From positions 1-64,000 of the IMG/VR virus record IMGVR_UViG_3300038760_000073: DNA of 64,000 nt; one strand, 5' to 3'. This DNA comes from a virus. Made by a program: the position numbers and the translations under genes. Below the pieces are notes generated by a model. That model was not told the DNA's origin. It did no database searches and worked only from the letters and a program-made list of their open reading frames with translations. This document shows, piece by piece, positions 1-10,039 of the stretch (positions within the stretch are counted from its first letter, which is position 1; each line of letters begins with the position of its first letter).

Positions 1-2097
1 ACTACTAAGGGCATCCAGGGGGCGACTAATCAAATTGTTATCGGCGATACTGCCGAATCTATCGGAGCTAATAGTGTCGTCCTAGGTAATGATTCCATTG
101 TAACAACGGCTCTCAAGGGTAACGTAGGCATCGGTACGACGACACCAGTGGGGTTGTTCTCAGTAAAACCTCACGCTAGCTACCCAGGGCAAATGAGCAT
201 TGGTATGTCTGGAAATGGGAGCGTCGGCCCCTACCTCATATTCGGCCACTACAACAACACCAGCCTGACTTCCTCCTTTAAGCTGGGGAATAACAACTCC
301 GGACAACTGAGCCTGTTGTCACCCAATAACACTGAACTGTTTACGGCGAGCAACAGCGGGGTGAACTTTCTTAGGATTAGAGTCGATAGTTACGGGGCGT
401 TATATCAACCATCAATTCAGTTAACAAGTAATGCATCCGGGGTAATCGGACTCTACGTTCCCGGAGGGACGGGGGCCCAGAATCTAGGATTTATTACTTC
501 TAGTCTAGAACGCGCCAGATTCGACGGCGCTGGGAATTTCGGCATCGGCACCACAACGCCAGGCCACGTTCTTGATGTAGTCGGCTCCGTTAATGTAGAT
601 TCAGCTAGCTCTTATAAGAAGGATGGCACAACGATCTTAGACTATGACGCTACGCTGTTTAATGTCGCTGTGGGCGAAGGAGCATTAGCGAGTGCGTCGC
701 TGACTGGCACATATAACGTAGCTATCGGATACCAGAGCCTTTACCTTAACACAACAGGCAGTAGCAACATAGCCAGCGGGTACCGGAGCCTTTACCTTAA
801 CACAACAGGCAGTAACAACATAGCCAGCGGATACCATAGCCTCTACGCTAACACAACAGGTAGTAGCAACATAGCTAGCGGATACCAGAGCCTTAAATCT
901 AACACAACAGGCAATCAGAACACAGCCACCGGTACCAATAGCCTTTACGCTAACACAACAGGTATTAACAATGTAGCCAGCGGATCCCATAGCCTTTACT
1001 CTAACACAACAGGCGGCCACAATACAGCCAGCGGATTCCGGAGCCTTTACTCTAACACAATAGGCGGCCACAATACAGCCAGCGGCGCCTATAGCCTTTA
1101 CGCTAACACAACAGGCAATTATAATGTAGCCAGCGGCGCATATAGCCTTCGCTATAACACAACAGGTAGTAGCAACGTAGCCAGCGGCTACTATAGCCTT
1201 TATCAGAACACAACAGGTGGTAGCAACACAGCCAGCGGCTATCAGAGCCTTATCAGTAACACAACAGGTGGTAGCAACACAGCCACCGGGAGCCAGAACC
1301 TTTTCTATAACACAACTGGTAGTATCAACACAGCCACCGGGAGATCTAACCTTTATCAGAACACAACAGGCGGTTATAACATAGCCACTGGATACCAGAA
1401 CCTCTTCTCTAACACAACAGGCGGCTACAATACAGCCAGTGGGATGCGGAGCCTTTTTAGTAACACAACAGGTAATTACAACATAGCCACCGGCACCACT
1501 AGCCTTTACTCTAACACAACAGGTAATTACAACATAGCTAGCGGATACCAGAGCCTTTACTATAACACAACAGGCACCTACAACACAGCCAGCGGTATAG
1601 AGAGCCTTTACTCTAACACAACAGGTAGTTACAACATAGCCAACGGATATCAAGCTGGTCGTTTCCAAGCAGACGGTACCACAGCCTTAACTGTCGCCGA
1701 TGACTCAATCTTCATTGGCAAAGACACCCGGGGTGTTGATAGCGCCACTAACCAGATCGTCATTGGTGACACTGCTATAGGGCTAGGGTCTAATACAGTG
1801 GTTCTAGGAGCCGATACGATCACCACTACAGCGCTCAAGGGCGACGTGGGAATTGGCACCACAACACCGAGTGAAAAACTTGACGTCGTTGGAAATATCA
1901 CGGCATCGGGAACCGTCAAAACGACTCCTACCACTGTTGCTTTACTACCTGCAGCAGCAACAGCAGGCGCGGGGGCAAGAACCTTTGTTACTGATTCAGC
2001 TAACACGCTAGCTAGCCATCACGGTCAGACTGTTGCGGGTGGTGGTAGTGATTTTGTACCAGTCTTTAGCGACGGAACTAACTGGATTATCGGGTAA
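1..2097 (+). CDS. Tail fibre/adhesin-like protein with 17-aa repeats (5'-truncated by window edge)
   Basis: Frame is open from base 1 (TTKGIQGATNQIVIGD...), so it starts upstream. GNVGIGTTTP modules, Asn/Thr/Gly-rich repeats, visibly GC-rich relative to the rest of the window. Confidence 0.8.
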   Translation, partial: TTKGIQGATNQIVIGDTAESIGANSVVLGNDSIVTTALKGNVGIGTTTPVGLFSVKPHASYPGQMSIGMSGNGSVGPYLIFGHYNNTSLTSSFKLGNNNSGQLSLLSPNNTELFTASNSGVNFLRIRVDSYGALYQPSIQLTSNASGVIGLYVPGGTGAQNLGFITSSLERARFDGAGNFGIGTTTPGHVLDVVGSVNVDSASSYKKDGTTILDYDATLFNVAVGEGALASASLTGTYNVAIGYQSLYLNTTGSSNIASGYRSLYLNTTGSNNIASGYHSLYANTTGSSNIASGYQSLKSNTTGNQNTATGTNSLYANTTGINNVASGSHSLYSNTTGGHNTASGFRSLYSNTIGGHNTASGAYSLYANTTGNYNVASGAYSLRYNTTGSSNVASGYYSLYQNTTGGSNTASGYQSLISNTTGGSNTATGSQNLFYNTTGSINTATGRSNLYQNTTGGYNIATGYQNLFSNTTGGYNTASGMRSLFSNTTGNYNIATGTTSLYSNTTGNYNIASGYQSLYYNTTGTYNTASGIESLYSNTTGSYNIANGYQAGRFQADGTTALTVADDSIFIGKDTRGVDSATNQIVIGDTAIGLGSNTVVLGADTITTTALKGDVGIGTTTPSEKLDVVGNITASGTVKTTPTTVALLPAAATAGAGARTFVTDSANTLASHHGQTVAGGGSDFVPVFSDGTNWIIG
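748..1660 (+). repeat. About 18 tandem 51-bp coding repeats (NTTGxxNxAxGxxSLYx)
   Basis: AACACAACAGG-type motif recurs at 748, 799 and onward to 1615 with a 51-bp period. Confidence 0.95.
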
Positions 2098-2254
2098 CAT
2101 TGTATAAATATGCCTAACACTATTGCAAGATCCCCGGTTGTTATGGACTCTAAAAATAAAGACGAAAATCATACAATAAGTATAGTCTCAAATATAAAGT
2201 AATTGGCTTGTTTATTTTATATATCAACCACCACACTATAAATAATAATATAAT

Positions 2255-4930
2255 ATGCCAGGTATAAAAATTAGCGATTTAGTTGTGGCACCTGTAATTG
2301 CCGGGGATATTGTAATCACTCAGCGTGGTAGTGCGAATTATGGTGGTACTCTTGGTAATCAGATTACCGCTATTGAATCATTAATAGAGGCTTTTCAAAG
2401 CGATACATCAACTGCGGCACTCAGCATTAAGGTCGACCAAAATAATATATACACAAATTCAACAGCATCTATATTGTTTGACAACAATAACGGAACAACT
2501 GTTGGTCGTATATTATGGGATGAGACGTCATCGACATTTAATTTAGGTTATGGTGCAAACAGTCACTTAACTATTAAATCCAGCGGCAACGTCGGCATCG
2601 GCACAACGACACCCACCGCAGCACTGCAGGTTGTCGGGAATGTCCATGCGGGGCTGAGTACCACAGGGACTAATTGTAACTTTATCGGCTCGGGTGCGGG
2701 AGAAAGTAATAGTGGACATAATAGCTCTGGGTTCGGGTACCAGTCGCTCCGGAACAATACCGGAGACCACAACACCGCTAGCGGCTACTATTCGCTCCGC
2801 GGCAACACCGGAAATTACAACACCGCTAGCGGCAACTGGTCACTCTACGGCAACACCGGAGCCAACAACACGGCTAGCGGTTACGTGTCGCTTCTCAATA
2901 ACACTGGGAGCGGCAATACCGCAACCGGGCGACAGGCCCTGCAGGCCAACACAGGGGACAATAACACAGCGGCCGGATATTTGGCCCTTTATCTTAACAT
3001 TGGATCATCCAACACCGCTAGCGGCTACAATTCAGGCCGCTTCCAGTCAGGTGGCACTACCAGCCTGACGACAGCGTCTAATTCTGTCTTTATTGGAGCG
3101 ACGACTAAAGGCGTTCAAGGGGCCGCTAACCAGTTGGTGCTCGGATATGCTGCCGAATCTCTTGGGGCCAACACTGTCGTCCTAGGTAATGACTCTATTG
3201 TCACTACAGCTCTCAAGGGAAATGTCGGTATCGGTACGGTCATCCCGACGCATGACCTGGAGATCGAGACAACGAAGATTAGCTCGACCCGGTTCAAAAA
3301 CGTTACCCCAACTAGTGCACTAGTTAGTAGGTTTCATAATTCGGCGGATGATGGTCTGAGCCTCACCGTTTACGGGCCCACGTATGCTGTCGGGTCGATT
3401 GGGAACGTAGGGCCTGGGGGAGCTGCTGTAGTAAATACCGGAGGGGCGCTCGCCATTGGGACCCGGGATGCAGGGGACGTGCACCTCTTGTCTAACGATA
3501 CAATCAGGATGACCATGGTCAGCGGTGGTAACGTCGGCATCGGGACGAACAGTCCTGCCGCCGCTTTGCATGTCGTGTCCGGGACGGACAACGTCAATAC
3601 CCTGCTCCTATCTGACATCACAGCCGATGCCTCGATCAAAGACGGGTTCGTGACTTCGCAGCACTACACGAATGCTCAAGAACCTATCGCTATGATTCAG
3701 GGGCGTGCGGAGTCTGGCGCCAACCGCATCCTCATTGGTGGATCGCACTCGGCCTATAACACTGCGACCTCGATCGAGCTTTATACTGCCGCAACGTCTA
3801 CGACCACGAACGAGGTCGAGCGTATGCGGATCACAAGTGCCGGCAACGTCGGCATCGGTACGACCTCGCCCTCAGTACCCCTGCACGTCACATTGGGAGC
3901 CGAAGTAGGGATAGCAGCTGCTGGTGAGATTGCGATGTTCCAGAATGGGGGCACCACGACAGATAATGCTGATATAACGTTGTTGTCGGGAAATATCGGC
4001 CGTTCTAGGATTAACCTAGGTGACACAGGGGATAGGGACGCTGGATATATTAACTTTGATCACACAACGGATAATCTGCACTTTGGTCACGTCGGAACAC
4101 AAGATGATCTGACGATCGACTCATCAGGCAACGTCGGCATCGGCACAACGACACCAGGGGCTGAGTTGGACGTTGCCGGTGGTATTATAACAACTAGCGG
4201 GGTTGCGACAACAGGCAACCGGCTTAGATTGACCAACCCAGGAGGAGGCAGCACTGGAGGCAGTAGTACCCAAGTTGGAGCTATTAAAGTAACCTTACCT
4301 GTGACCTGGACTAGAACCATGCTTAGGATGACCATCAAGGTGTATGATTTTGCAACTAACGAATCCTTTACTGTTGTGTGTGGGGGGTACACTTACGCAC
4401 CCACCACCCAATGGCTCAATCATTTTGCATACATAGAATCTGCTGCAAGTAAAGATACTAATTTTACAGTTAGATTTGGCCATGATGGCACAAAATGCTG
4501 CATCTATATAGGCGAATTAACTTCGGTTTGGAGACATCCACACGTGTATGTGACTGAAGTAGAAGCTGGTTATTTGGGCTACGATGCCGCAAACTGGCAA
4601 GATGGTTGGGCTGTGGGATTTGAGGCCAGCGCTTTTGGAGCGGTTACTAAAACCCAAACAGATACTCAGATAAACAATTGGTCTCGGAGCGGGCAGGATG
4701 TTCACTTCTCGTCTGGCACCGGCAACGTCGGCATCGGCACGACGACACCAAACGCCAGCGCGGCCCTAGACGTCTCCTCGACGACTAAAGCCTTTCTGCC
4801 GCCTCGCATGACCACGACGCAGAAGAATGCTATTGCGTCACCAGCGGCGGGCATGGTAGTCTACGATACAACCCTGAGTAAGCTCGCTGTCTATACGGGC
4901 TCGGCTTGGGAAACAATTACGAGCGCTTAA
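2255..4930 (+). CDS. Modular tail fibre protein
   Basis: Six GNVGIGT modules, about 7 units of a 16-aa repeat, C-terminal LPPRMTTTQKNAIASPAAGMVVYDT fibre-type motif; TATAAATA upstream. Confidence 0.8.
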   Translation: MPGIKISDLVVAPVIAGDIVITQRGSANYGGTLGNQITAIESLIEAFQSDTSTAALSIKVDQNNIYTNSTASILFDNNNGTTVGRILWDETSSTFNLGYGANSHLTIKSSGNVGIGTTTPTAALQVVGNVHAGLSTTGTNCNFIGSGAGESNSGHNSSGFGYQSLRNNTGDHNTASGYYSLRGNTGNYNTASGNWSLYGNTGANNTASGYVSLLNNTGSGNTATGRQALQANTGDNNTAAGYLALYLNIGSSNTASGYNSGRFQSGGTTSLTTASNSVFIGATTKGVQGAANQLVLGYAAESLGANTVVLGNDSIVTTALKGNVGIGTVIPTHDLEIETTKISSTRFKNVTPTSALVSRFHNSADDGLSLTVYGPTYAVGSIGNVGPGGAAVVNTGGALAIGTRDAGDVHLLSNDTIRMTMVSGGNVGIGTNSPAAALHVVSGTDNVNTLLLSDITADASIKDGFVTSQHYTNAQEPIAMIQGRAESGANRILIGGSHSAYNTATSIELYTAATSTTTNEVERMRITSAGNVGIGTTSPSVPLHVTLGAEVGIAAAGEIAMFQNGGTTTDNADITLLSGNIGRSRINLGDTGDRDAGYINFDHTTDNLHFGHVGTQDDLTIDSSGNVGIGTTTPGAELDVAGGIITTSGVATTGNRLRLTNPGGGSTGGSSTQVGAIKVTLPVTWTRTMLRMTIKVYDFATNESFTVVCGGYTYAPTTQWLNHFAYIESAASKDTNFTVRFGHDGTKCCIYIGELTSVWRHPHVYVTEVEAGYLGYDAANWQDGWAVGFEASAFGAVTKTQTDTQINNWSRSGQDVHFSSGTGNVGIGTTTPNASAALDVSSTTKAFLPPRMTTTQKNAIASPAAGMVVYDTTLSKLAVYTGSAWETITSA

Positions 4931-4946
4931 TCACACACACAATCTT

Positions 4947-5318
4947 ATGTCAACAACCATTACATTACAAGACAAGCCCGCTGCTCCAGTGGAATTAACT
5001 GAAGATCAACGTACGGCCAAGCAGCTGCTAAGCGATTCTGACCTCGCGTTGAACCGTCTCGCCGCGTCCGTCCAATCGGGCTTCGAGCTTCTATGGGGCA
5101 CGAAGGAGAACCCGAAATCTAAAGAAGCAGCGCAAGCCGCCTTGACCGCACTAGGTGAAGACGTTGCTCCCCTATTCACGAGGCATGCCGCCATGGTCGC
5201 CTTTCTGGCAACTGAGGGTATGGCGACGTTCGAGCCTTGGGAGACTGTCACGGCCTATGTTGTGGGAGAAGATGGATTGCTAGGTGATCTTGCTCCTGAG
5301 TGGGCTCCTGTCATCTAA
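4947..5318 (+). CDS. Putative tail fibre assembly/chaperone protein
   Basis: Small helical ORF directly after the fibre gene with the same GC-rich composition; positional inference. Confidence 0.45.
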   Translation: MSTTITLQDKPAAPVELTEDQRTAKQLLSDSDLALNRLAASVQSGFELLWGTKENPKSKEAAQAALTALGEDVAPLFTRHAAMVAFLATEGMATFEPWETVTAYVVGEDGLLGDLAPEWAPVI

Positions 5319-5421
5319 CTCGCGCCATTACTACCCGAGGTACCCATCACATGTGTTTTAATGTACGCTCTCTAAAGCTCTCTAAAGATATATTCCACGG
5401 TATACTATCATATTAAAACAT

Positions 5422-5456
5422 AAAAAAGCGTAGACAACCTAGGTTGTCTACGCTTT
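5422..5456. terminator. Intrinsic terminator (32-bp perfect palindrome) between convergent genes
   Basis: AAAGCGTAGACAACCTAGGTTGTCTACGCTTT at 5425-5456, with an A-run giving a U-tract on the minus strand. Confidence 0.85.
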
Positions 5457-5473
5457 ATATGGGTATATGTTAA

Positions 5474-5689
5474 TTAGCTACCGTCGTCATCGGCGACAGC
5501 TGTGATAGGTGAGTTACCTAGTTTTTGTTGAGCCTGTTTAACAGCTGCAATAATTCGATCTTGAATGGGAAGAGCCACACGAGCAACCGGAGAGCCTTTC
5601 TGTTTAATACCCTCTTCTAAACACTCTACGACGAGTGCAGCTTCCGGATTATCTTGTGATGCGTTTAGAGTAATTGTAATGTCTGACAT
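5474..5689 (-). CDS. Hypothetical protein
   Basis: 71-aa ORF ending just before the terminator. Confidence 0.6.
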   Translation of the reverse strand: MSDITITLNASQDNPEAALVVECLEEGIKQKGSPVARVALPIQDRIIAAVKQAQQKLGNSPITAVADDDGS

Positions 5690-5736
5690 ATGTAATATTA
5701 CTTACATAAATCTCGTTATAATGCAACGGTATTTAT

Positions 5737-6153
5737 TTAAAGAAGTCCTAGAACTACTTTTCGACGAACTTCAGGCCCAGTTACGTGGTGACCTGATTGA
5801 GATAAAGTAATAGAACCGTCAGTACCACCAACAGGGATGGTATATAAAGCGGTATAACGATCTGTATTAGTAACAGCTATTGTTGCACCTGCAGATAGTC
5901 TGCATTGAATAACTGTATTAGTCCCACCATGGGGTGAGTATAAAGTAATTGATGAGAGGGGGCCAAGTGCTGTATCAGGTTGTTCATCAAACAATATACC
6001 CACAACGTCACTACCGTTAAGTGTGCCTGTTGTACTACTAGCACTAAGAACAACCTGATTTGATGTACCACTTAAAGAGTAGCTCAACGGGGCTGGTGAA
6101 CCGTATTTCGACGCATCGTATACACCAGCATTAAAAGAATAGATATCTGCCAT
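5737..6153 (-). CDS. Virion structural protein, possible capsid decoration
   Basis: Ser/Thr/Gly beta-rich ORF downstream of gp23; TAAATA-N5-ATG late promoter at 6159-6164. Confidence 0.5.
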   Translation of the reverse strand: MADIYSFNAGVYDASKYGSPAPLSYSLSGTSNQVVLSASSTTGTLNGSDVVGILFDEQPDTALGPLSSITLYSPHGGTNTVIQCRLSAGATIAVTNTDRYTALYTIPVGGTDGSITLSQSGHHVTGPEVRRKVVLGLL

Positions 6154-6198
6154 ATTATTATTTATGGTATTATATAAACATTTTTAATATAATATACC

Positions 6199-6233
6199 AA
6201 AAAAAAGCCTAACGGCCCGAAGGCCGTTAGGCT
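6199..6233 (-). terminator. Rho-independent terminator with CUUCGG tetraloop after gp23
   Basis: Minus strand reads AGCCTAACGGCC-TTCG-GGCCGTTAGGCT-TTTTTTT, a typical T4-type hairpin. Confidence 0.92.
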
Positions 6234-6252
6234 AAAGTTGTTAATTTCTATT

Positions 6253-7746
6253 TTAGAAATATACAGATTGACTACTAGGAGTAAATGCTGTACCGAGACC
6301 TTGAACAATAACAACATGGTAGTAGAGATTAGCACCAAAGATGTTATCAACTACGCCGTAACGGGTAAGCAACCCGACGCGTGGTGAGAAATCATTTGGA
6401 CCAATTGTTCTCTGAACCATGACTGGAATGTAAGGACAATAGATGATACCTGTATCATAAAACTCTGGACCCTTGTAACCAAGGAGAGCATATTCAACAC
6501 CGGTGGTTTTAGCACCACCAGGACCATTACCATACTTAGATGACTGATCATATGTACCTGCGTTGGCATAACCAACTTCAGTACGGGTATCACGGTAAAC
6601 ACTAAACCTACCACCAAGTGAACCAATCTTAGCAATACCAACAGGTTGCGTATTAACGTCACCTTGGACTTGTACCCACTGAAATTCAGGGAGCATTTCC
6701 AAGATAGCGCAAACACGTGGTGTAGCTACAACAAAGTTAGCAGCACCGCGCCTGTTACGTACAGCGATTCGATTGGCCTCAATGATTAGTTTCTGATAGA
6801 AATCACGATTACGTTCAACGAGCCAACGCCCATCAGCAGATGCAGGATGCCAGATAGAGTATCCAGCACCGGCGCCTGCGCCAAGAGCAGATTGAATCAT
6901 TCTCATGAGCATTTCACGGTCAATCTCAGCTTGGATCTCATATGACATAGCATTTGTGATCTCAGCATCGACGTCGATACCGTTCATGTTCTTGAGGTCT
7001 TGTTCTAGTTCAACAGACCAACGGGCGCCCAACCTACGGGTACCAGCTTCAACGGCTGTTTTCTCGAATTTAACTTCAACTTGCGGAATGTTACCTGTAA
7101 TCTCAAAGTTCTTGAGAATCTCAGCAACACCACCGTCTTGAGCAGCAAAATCCCAAACACCCGCCGCACCACTTAAAGCAGTGGAGGATGCACCAGTGAA
7201 CCTTGTGTCAAGCAGTTGATAACCAAGCTCATCGTTATAATCCGGAGCAACGTTATCAGCGTTACCGCCGTAGGTTCCTCCCGCATTCCAGTTCGAACCT
7301 TCACCGCCACCAGTTGCTCCACCATCAATACCACTACCGAGATCTGCACCTTGGTAGGAGTAACGTAGAGCAAAAGCTAGACCAACAGGACCGGACATGG
7401 GCTGAACACCAACAATATCGTTGGAGATGAGCTCAGGGAACGTACGTCGTATCATAGGGATAAGTACTTTTGGGAGACGAGCATCGCCTGAAGCATAATT
7501 ATCAGAGGAGTTGGGGGTATTGGGATTATAAAGCCCTCCACCACCTAGGGACCCATCCTGCCCGGCTGTGTTTCCTTCTTCAACACACCATTTCTCTTGA
7601 TTTTCAAGAAGAATTGCTGTGTTGAGACGGACTGTGTCGTCTTCAATAGACTTAACGCTATCAGATGAATAATCTAGAACAGGTGCCCATTTCTCTAAGA
7701 GAGTATCGGCTCTGTTCTTATCAATAAAAGATTGTGGTTTATTCAT
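6253..7746 (-). CDS. gp23: Major capsid protein (T4 gp23 family)
   Basis: LLEKWAPVL, TAILLENQ, GVQPMSGPVGLAFALR, WSVELEQDLK, YCPYIP motifs; start set at MNKPQ after SD-like GAAAGGA. Confidence 0.97.
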   Translation of the reverse strand: MNKPQSFIDKNRADTLLEKWAPVLDYSSDSVKSIEDDTVRLNTAILLENQEKWCVEEGNTAGQDGSLGGGGLYNPNTPNSSDNYASGDARLPKVLIPMIRRTFPELISNDIVGVQPMSGPVGLAFALRYSYQGADLGSGIDGGATGGGEGSNWNAGGTYGGNADNVAPDYNDELGYQLLDTRFTGASSTALSGAAGVWDFAAQDGGVAEILKNFEITGNIPQVEVKFEKTAVEAGTRRLGARWSVELEQDLKNMNGIDVDAEITNAMSYEIQAEIDREMLMRMIQSALGAGAGAGYSIWHPASADGRWLVERNRDFYQKLIIEANRIAVRNRRGAANFVVATPRVCAILEMLPEFQWVQVQGDVNTQPVGIAKIGSLGGRFSVYRDTRTEVGYANAGTYDQSSKYGNGPGGAKTTGVEYALLGYKGPEFYDTGIIYCPYIPVMVQRTIGPNDFSPRVGLLTRYGVVDNIFGANLYYHVVIVQGLGTAFTPSSQSVYF

Positions 7747-7837
7747 AATTTTTTGTTTCCTTTCTTTTTTTTCGACCTTCATGGAGTCATGCTCCAGGAT
7801 ATTCAGGCATTTAAATGCCTCATTGTTCAGTGAGAAA

Positions 7838-8686
7838 TTATTTCATTCGCTGTAGACCTTCTAGATACGGGTTTGCTACCTCTCTAGGCTGTTGAGGACT
7901 TAGTCGCTTAGGTACATCAGCTTTAACTTGTCGTTGTGAATAAGCCTCTTCTTTAATGACTTTCAGTCTTTCGCTTGATTTTTTATCAAACAATCTAGCT
8001 GTATAGTCGAAATTCTCTTCAATAAATTCAGGTGATTTATCATGTAAAATCTTGTGGAGATATTGAGCTTTCTTTTCTGGGAGACCTGATGTCCTAGTCT
8101 CTAGCAGTAGATCTGTTTTAGTCTTGTTATAAGCTTCTTTAATAATAACGTTTTCACGTTCAGCTTTTTCTAATTTATCAGATAGGTGAGTGATTTGCGC
8201 CTTCCCATCAACTACAGCGTCTTTAACTGACTCGCTCATCAACGATGAATCTACAGCTAATACTTTGCGGAGATTAGTAAGAACTTCCATAGCGGTCCGA
8301 TTTTGAGTTGCTTCTAAAATCTCTTTCTGTGGAATTGATTCATCAATATACTCTTCGAGATAGTTTGAAATCGATTCAACTAGTGTAGTTTTAAAATCCT
8401 TTGCAGATCCATGTAACTCTTTCTCATATCTGTTGATTACTTTGACTAATTTCTTAGAATTGCCAAGATCAACTGATTCCACAACCCGGTTGAGTTTCTG
8501 TGAATGATCTTTATCAATTGCGGAAACTAATTCATTGAGTTTTTTGGCATAAAGGTCGTCTTGTTCGGTAAGTGCTGCTTCAACAGAGAGTGATAATTTT
8601 TCTCTAATGGCGCTCTCAACAGATGCAATCGAATCTTCAGTCAAGACCTCTTTAACGCTTTCTGGTAGGATTGTTTTTCTAGTCAT
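7838..8686 (-). CDS. gp22: Prohead core scaffold protein
   Basis: Coiled-coil acidic protein between protease and capsid genes; LVESISNYLEEYIDE motif. Confidence 0.85.
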   Translation of the reverse strand: MTRKTILPESVKEVLTEDSIASVESAIREKLSLSVEAALTEQDDLYAKKLNELVSAIDKDHSQKLNRVVESVDLGNSKKLVKVINRYEKELHGSAKDFKTTLVESISNYLEEYIDESIPQKEILEATQNRTAMEVLTNLRKVLAVDSSLMSESVKDAVVDGKAQITHLSDKLEKAERENVIIKEAYNKTKTDLLLETRTSGLPEKKAQYLHKILHDKSPEFIEENFDYTARLFDKKSSERLKVIKEEAYSQRQVKADVPKRLSPQQPREVANPYLEGLQRMK

Positions 8687-8963
8687 TTTTAAAAAGTGGT
8701 TGTTCTGTTGCACCATTAACTCTATCTACTAATTTAGTTTCAACAGCGCTCTTTAAATATTTATGTGCACTAGCGTAATTTTTATCAGAAATTGCTGATA
8801 TAAAATGACTTAGTTTAGTATTCATAGAAACCTCTTCATCTTCTTCTCCGGTGATCTCTTCTTTCCCCGTTTTTCGAACCTTTTTATTGTGTTTCCGCTT
8901 TTGTTGCTTATTGGTATGTTTATTATAATCAACTTTTACGTTATCTTTTTTTGATCTAGGCAT
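8679..8963 (-). CDS. Small prohead core protein (gp67/68-like position)
   Basis: Charged 94-aa ORF in the head operon with TATAAATA upstream. Confidence 0.5.
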   Translation of the reverse strand: MPRSKKDNVKVDYNKHTNKQQKRKHNKKVRKTGKEEITGEEDEEVSMNTKLSHFISAISDKNYASAHKYLKSAVETKLVDRVNGATEQPLFKND

Positions 8964-8982
8964 ACTAAATTATATTTATACC

Positions 8983-9648
8983 TTAAAGGTTGTTTATGAA
9001 GGATAAAAACCGCTCTCTTAGATATTCATCTACACCTTTTTTAGGTAGGTTAGAAATACTCTCTTCAAATTTATCGTATATTTCCTCATACACCCCGTTT
9101 TCCGCTAAGACCCATTGTTTAGATTCTAATATACCATTAACAAACGCAGAGGAATATGAAGGATCAGCCACACAATCAATAGCAACCAACTTTAAATTGT
9201 TCACTTGATTATAATCTACCTTTTCTTCAAGGGTACCAAGTGCTCTTGAAGACATGCCAATTTTAACACCATCATTAATTAAGGATCGTACAACTTGGCC
9301 ACATGGAGTGGTTAGTACCTTAGACTTGCCATAAAATACATTACCATCTTGTGTAATTTCAGTAACTATATGGCATGCCCGTTCTAAATCTACATCAGCG
9401 GATGATGGGTGGTTGAGTTCTCCCATCGCGCGCCCGGGCTTAATCATCTCTTCATTATATCTCTGAACTTCACGTTCAAGCTCATTGAGTGGGTAATATC
9501 TATTATTCCTATTAACACCCTCTGCCATCATATATGGCCCCTTTATATACAGGTTAGATGGTGTATTTTTATTTGTCTCTTCTTCAATAATTTCAAACTG
9601 ATCCGCAATATCAGGATTTTCTACAACCAAATTTAGTTTTAGAGCCAT
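8983..9648 (-). CDS. gp21: Prohead core protease
   Basis: LYIKGPYMMAE, NRNNRYY, AMGELNHP, GMSSRALG, DCVADPS motifs. Confidence 0.96.
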   Translation of the reverse strand: MALKLNLVVENPDIADQFEIIEEETNKNTPSNLYIKGPYMMAEGVNRNNRYYPLNELEREVQRYNEEMIKPGRAMGELNHPSSADVDLERACHIVTEITQDGNVFYGKSKVLTTPCGQVVRSLINDGVKIGMSSRALGTLEEKVDYNQVNNLKLVAIDCVADPSYSSAFVNGILESKQWVLAENGVYEEIYDKFEESISNLPKKGVDEYLRERFLSFINNL

Positions 9649-9700
9649 ATATATGTATTTATACTATACTGCACATTTATTGCACTATAATATTATTTAA

Positions 9701-10027
9701 TTACCTAGACATTGTAATACTATAATACTGTGTTCTATAGTAAAGGAGACCTGTACCAGAAGTTGTTTTAGCGCTCACTTGCTCAGAATTTGTAACACCT
9801 CTTATAGTTACAACATCATTATCATCAAGTACCAAGCCATTCGAAGCACCTGCGTGATTCGAGTCATATATAGATACCTCCTGCCCGGATTTGTTATATA
9901 TAATAACTTCTGAACAAACCTGAGAAGATAGGCCTACAAGAGCTGTTGTTAGTGGTTGATTATATGACCTACACTCATTAACGTTAATGTATGTAGAGCC
10001 AAAATTATCAGTATAGTTTACAGGCAT
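9701..10027 (-). CDS. Hypothetical beta-rich structural protein
   Basis: 108 aa in the head/neck module with a TAAATA-N5-ATG promoter. Confidence 0.55.
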   Translation of the reverse strand: MPVNYTDNFGSTYINVNECRSYNQPLTTALVGLSSQVCSEVIIYNKSGQEVSIYDSNHAGASNGLVLDDNDVVTIRGVTNSEQVSAKTTSGTGLLYYRTQYYSITMSR

Positions 10028-10039
10028 ATTATTATTTAT

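Noticed and set aside
748-1660. CRISPR array or DGR template/variable repeats
   Set aside because: These are in-frame coding repeats without unique spacers, and there is no cas gene or reverse transcriptase in the window.
685-1668. 327-aa antisense ORF and other overlapping short ORFs
   Set aside because: Shadow of the repetitive fibre gene with no independent motif or promoter; the same applies to most nested ORFs in the track.
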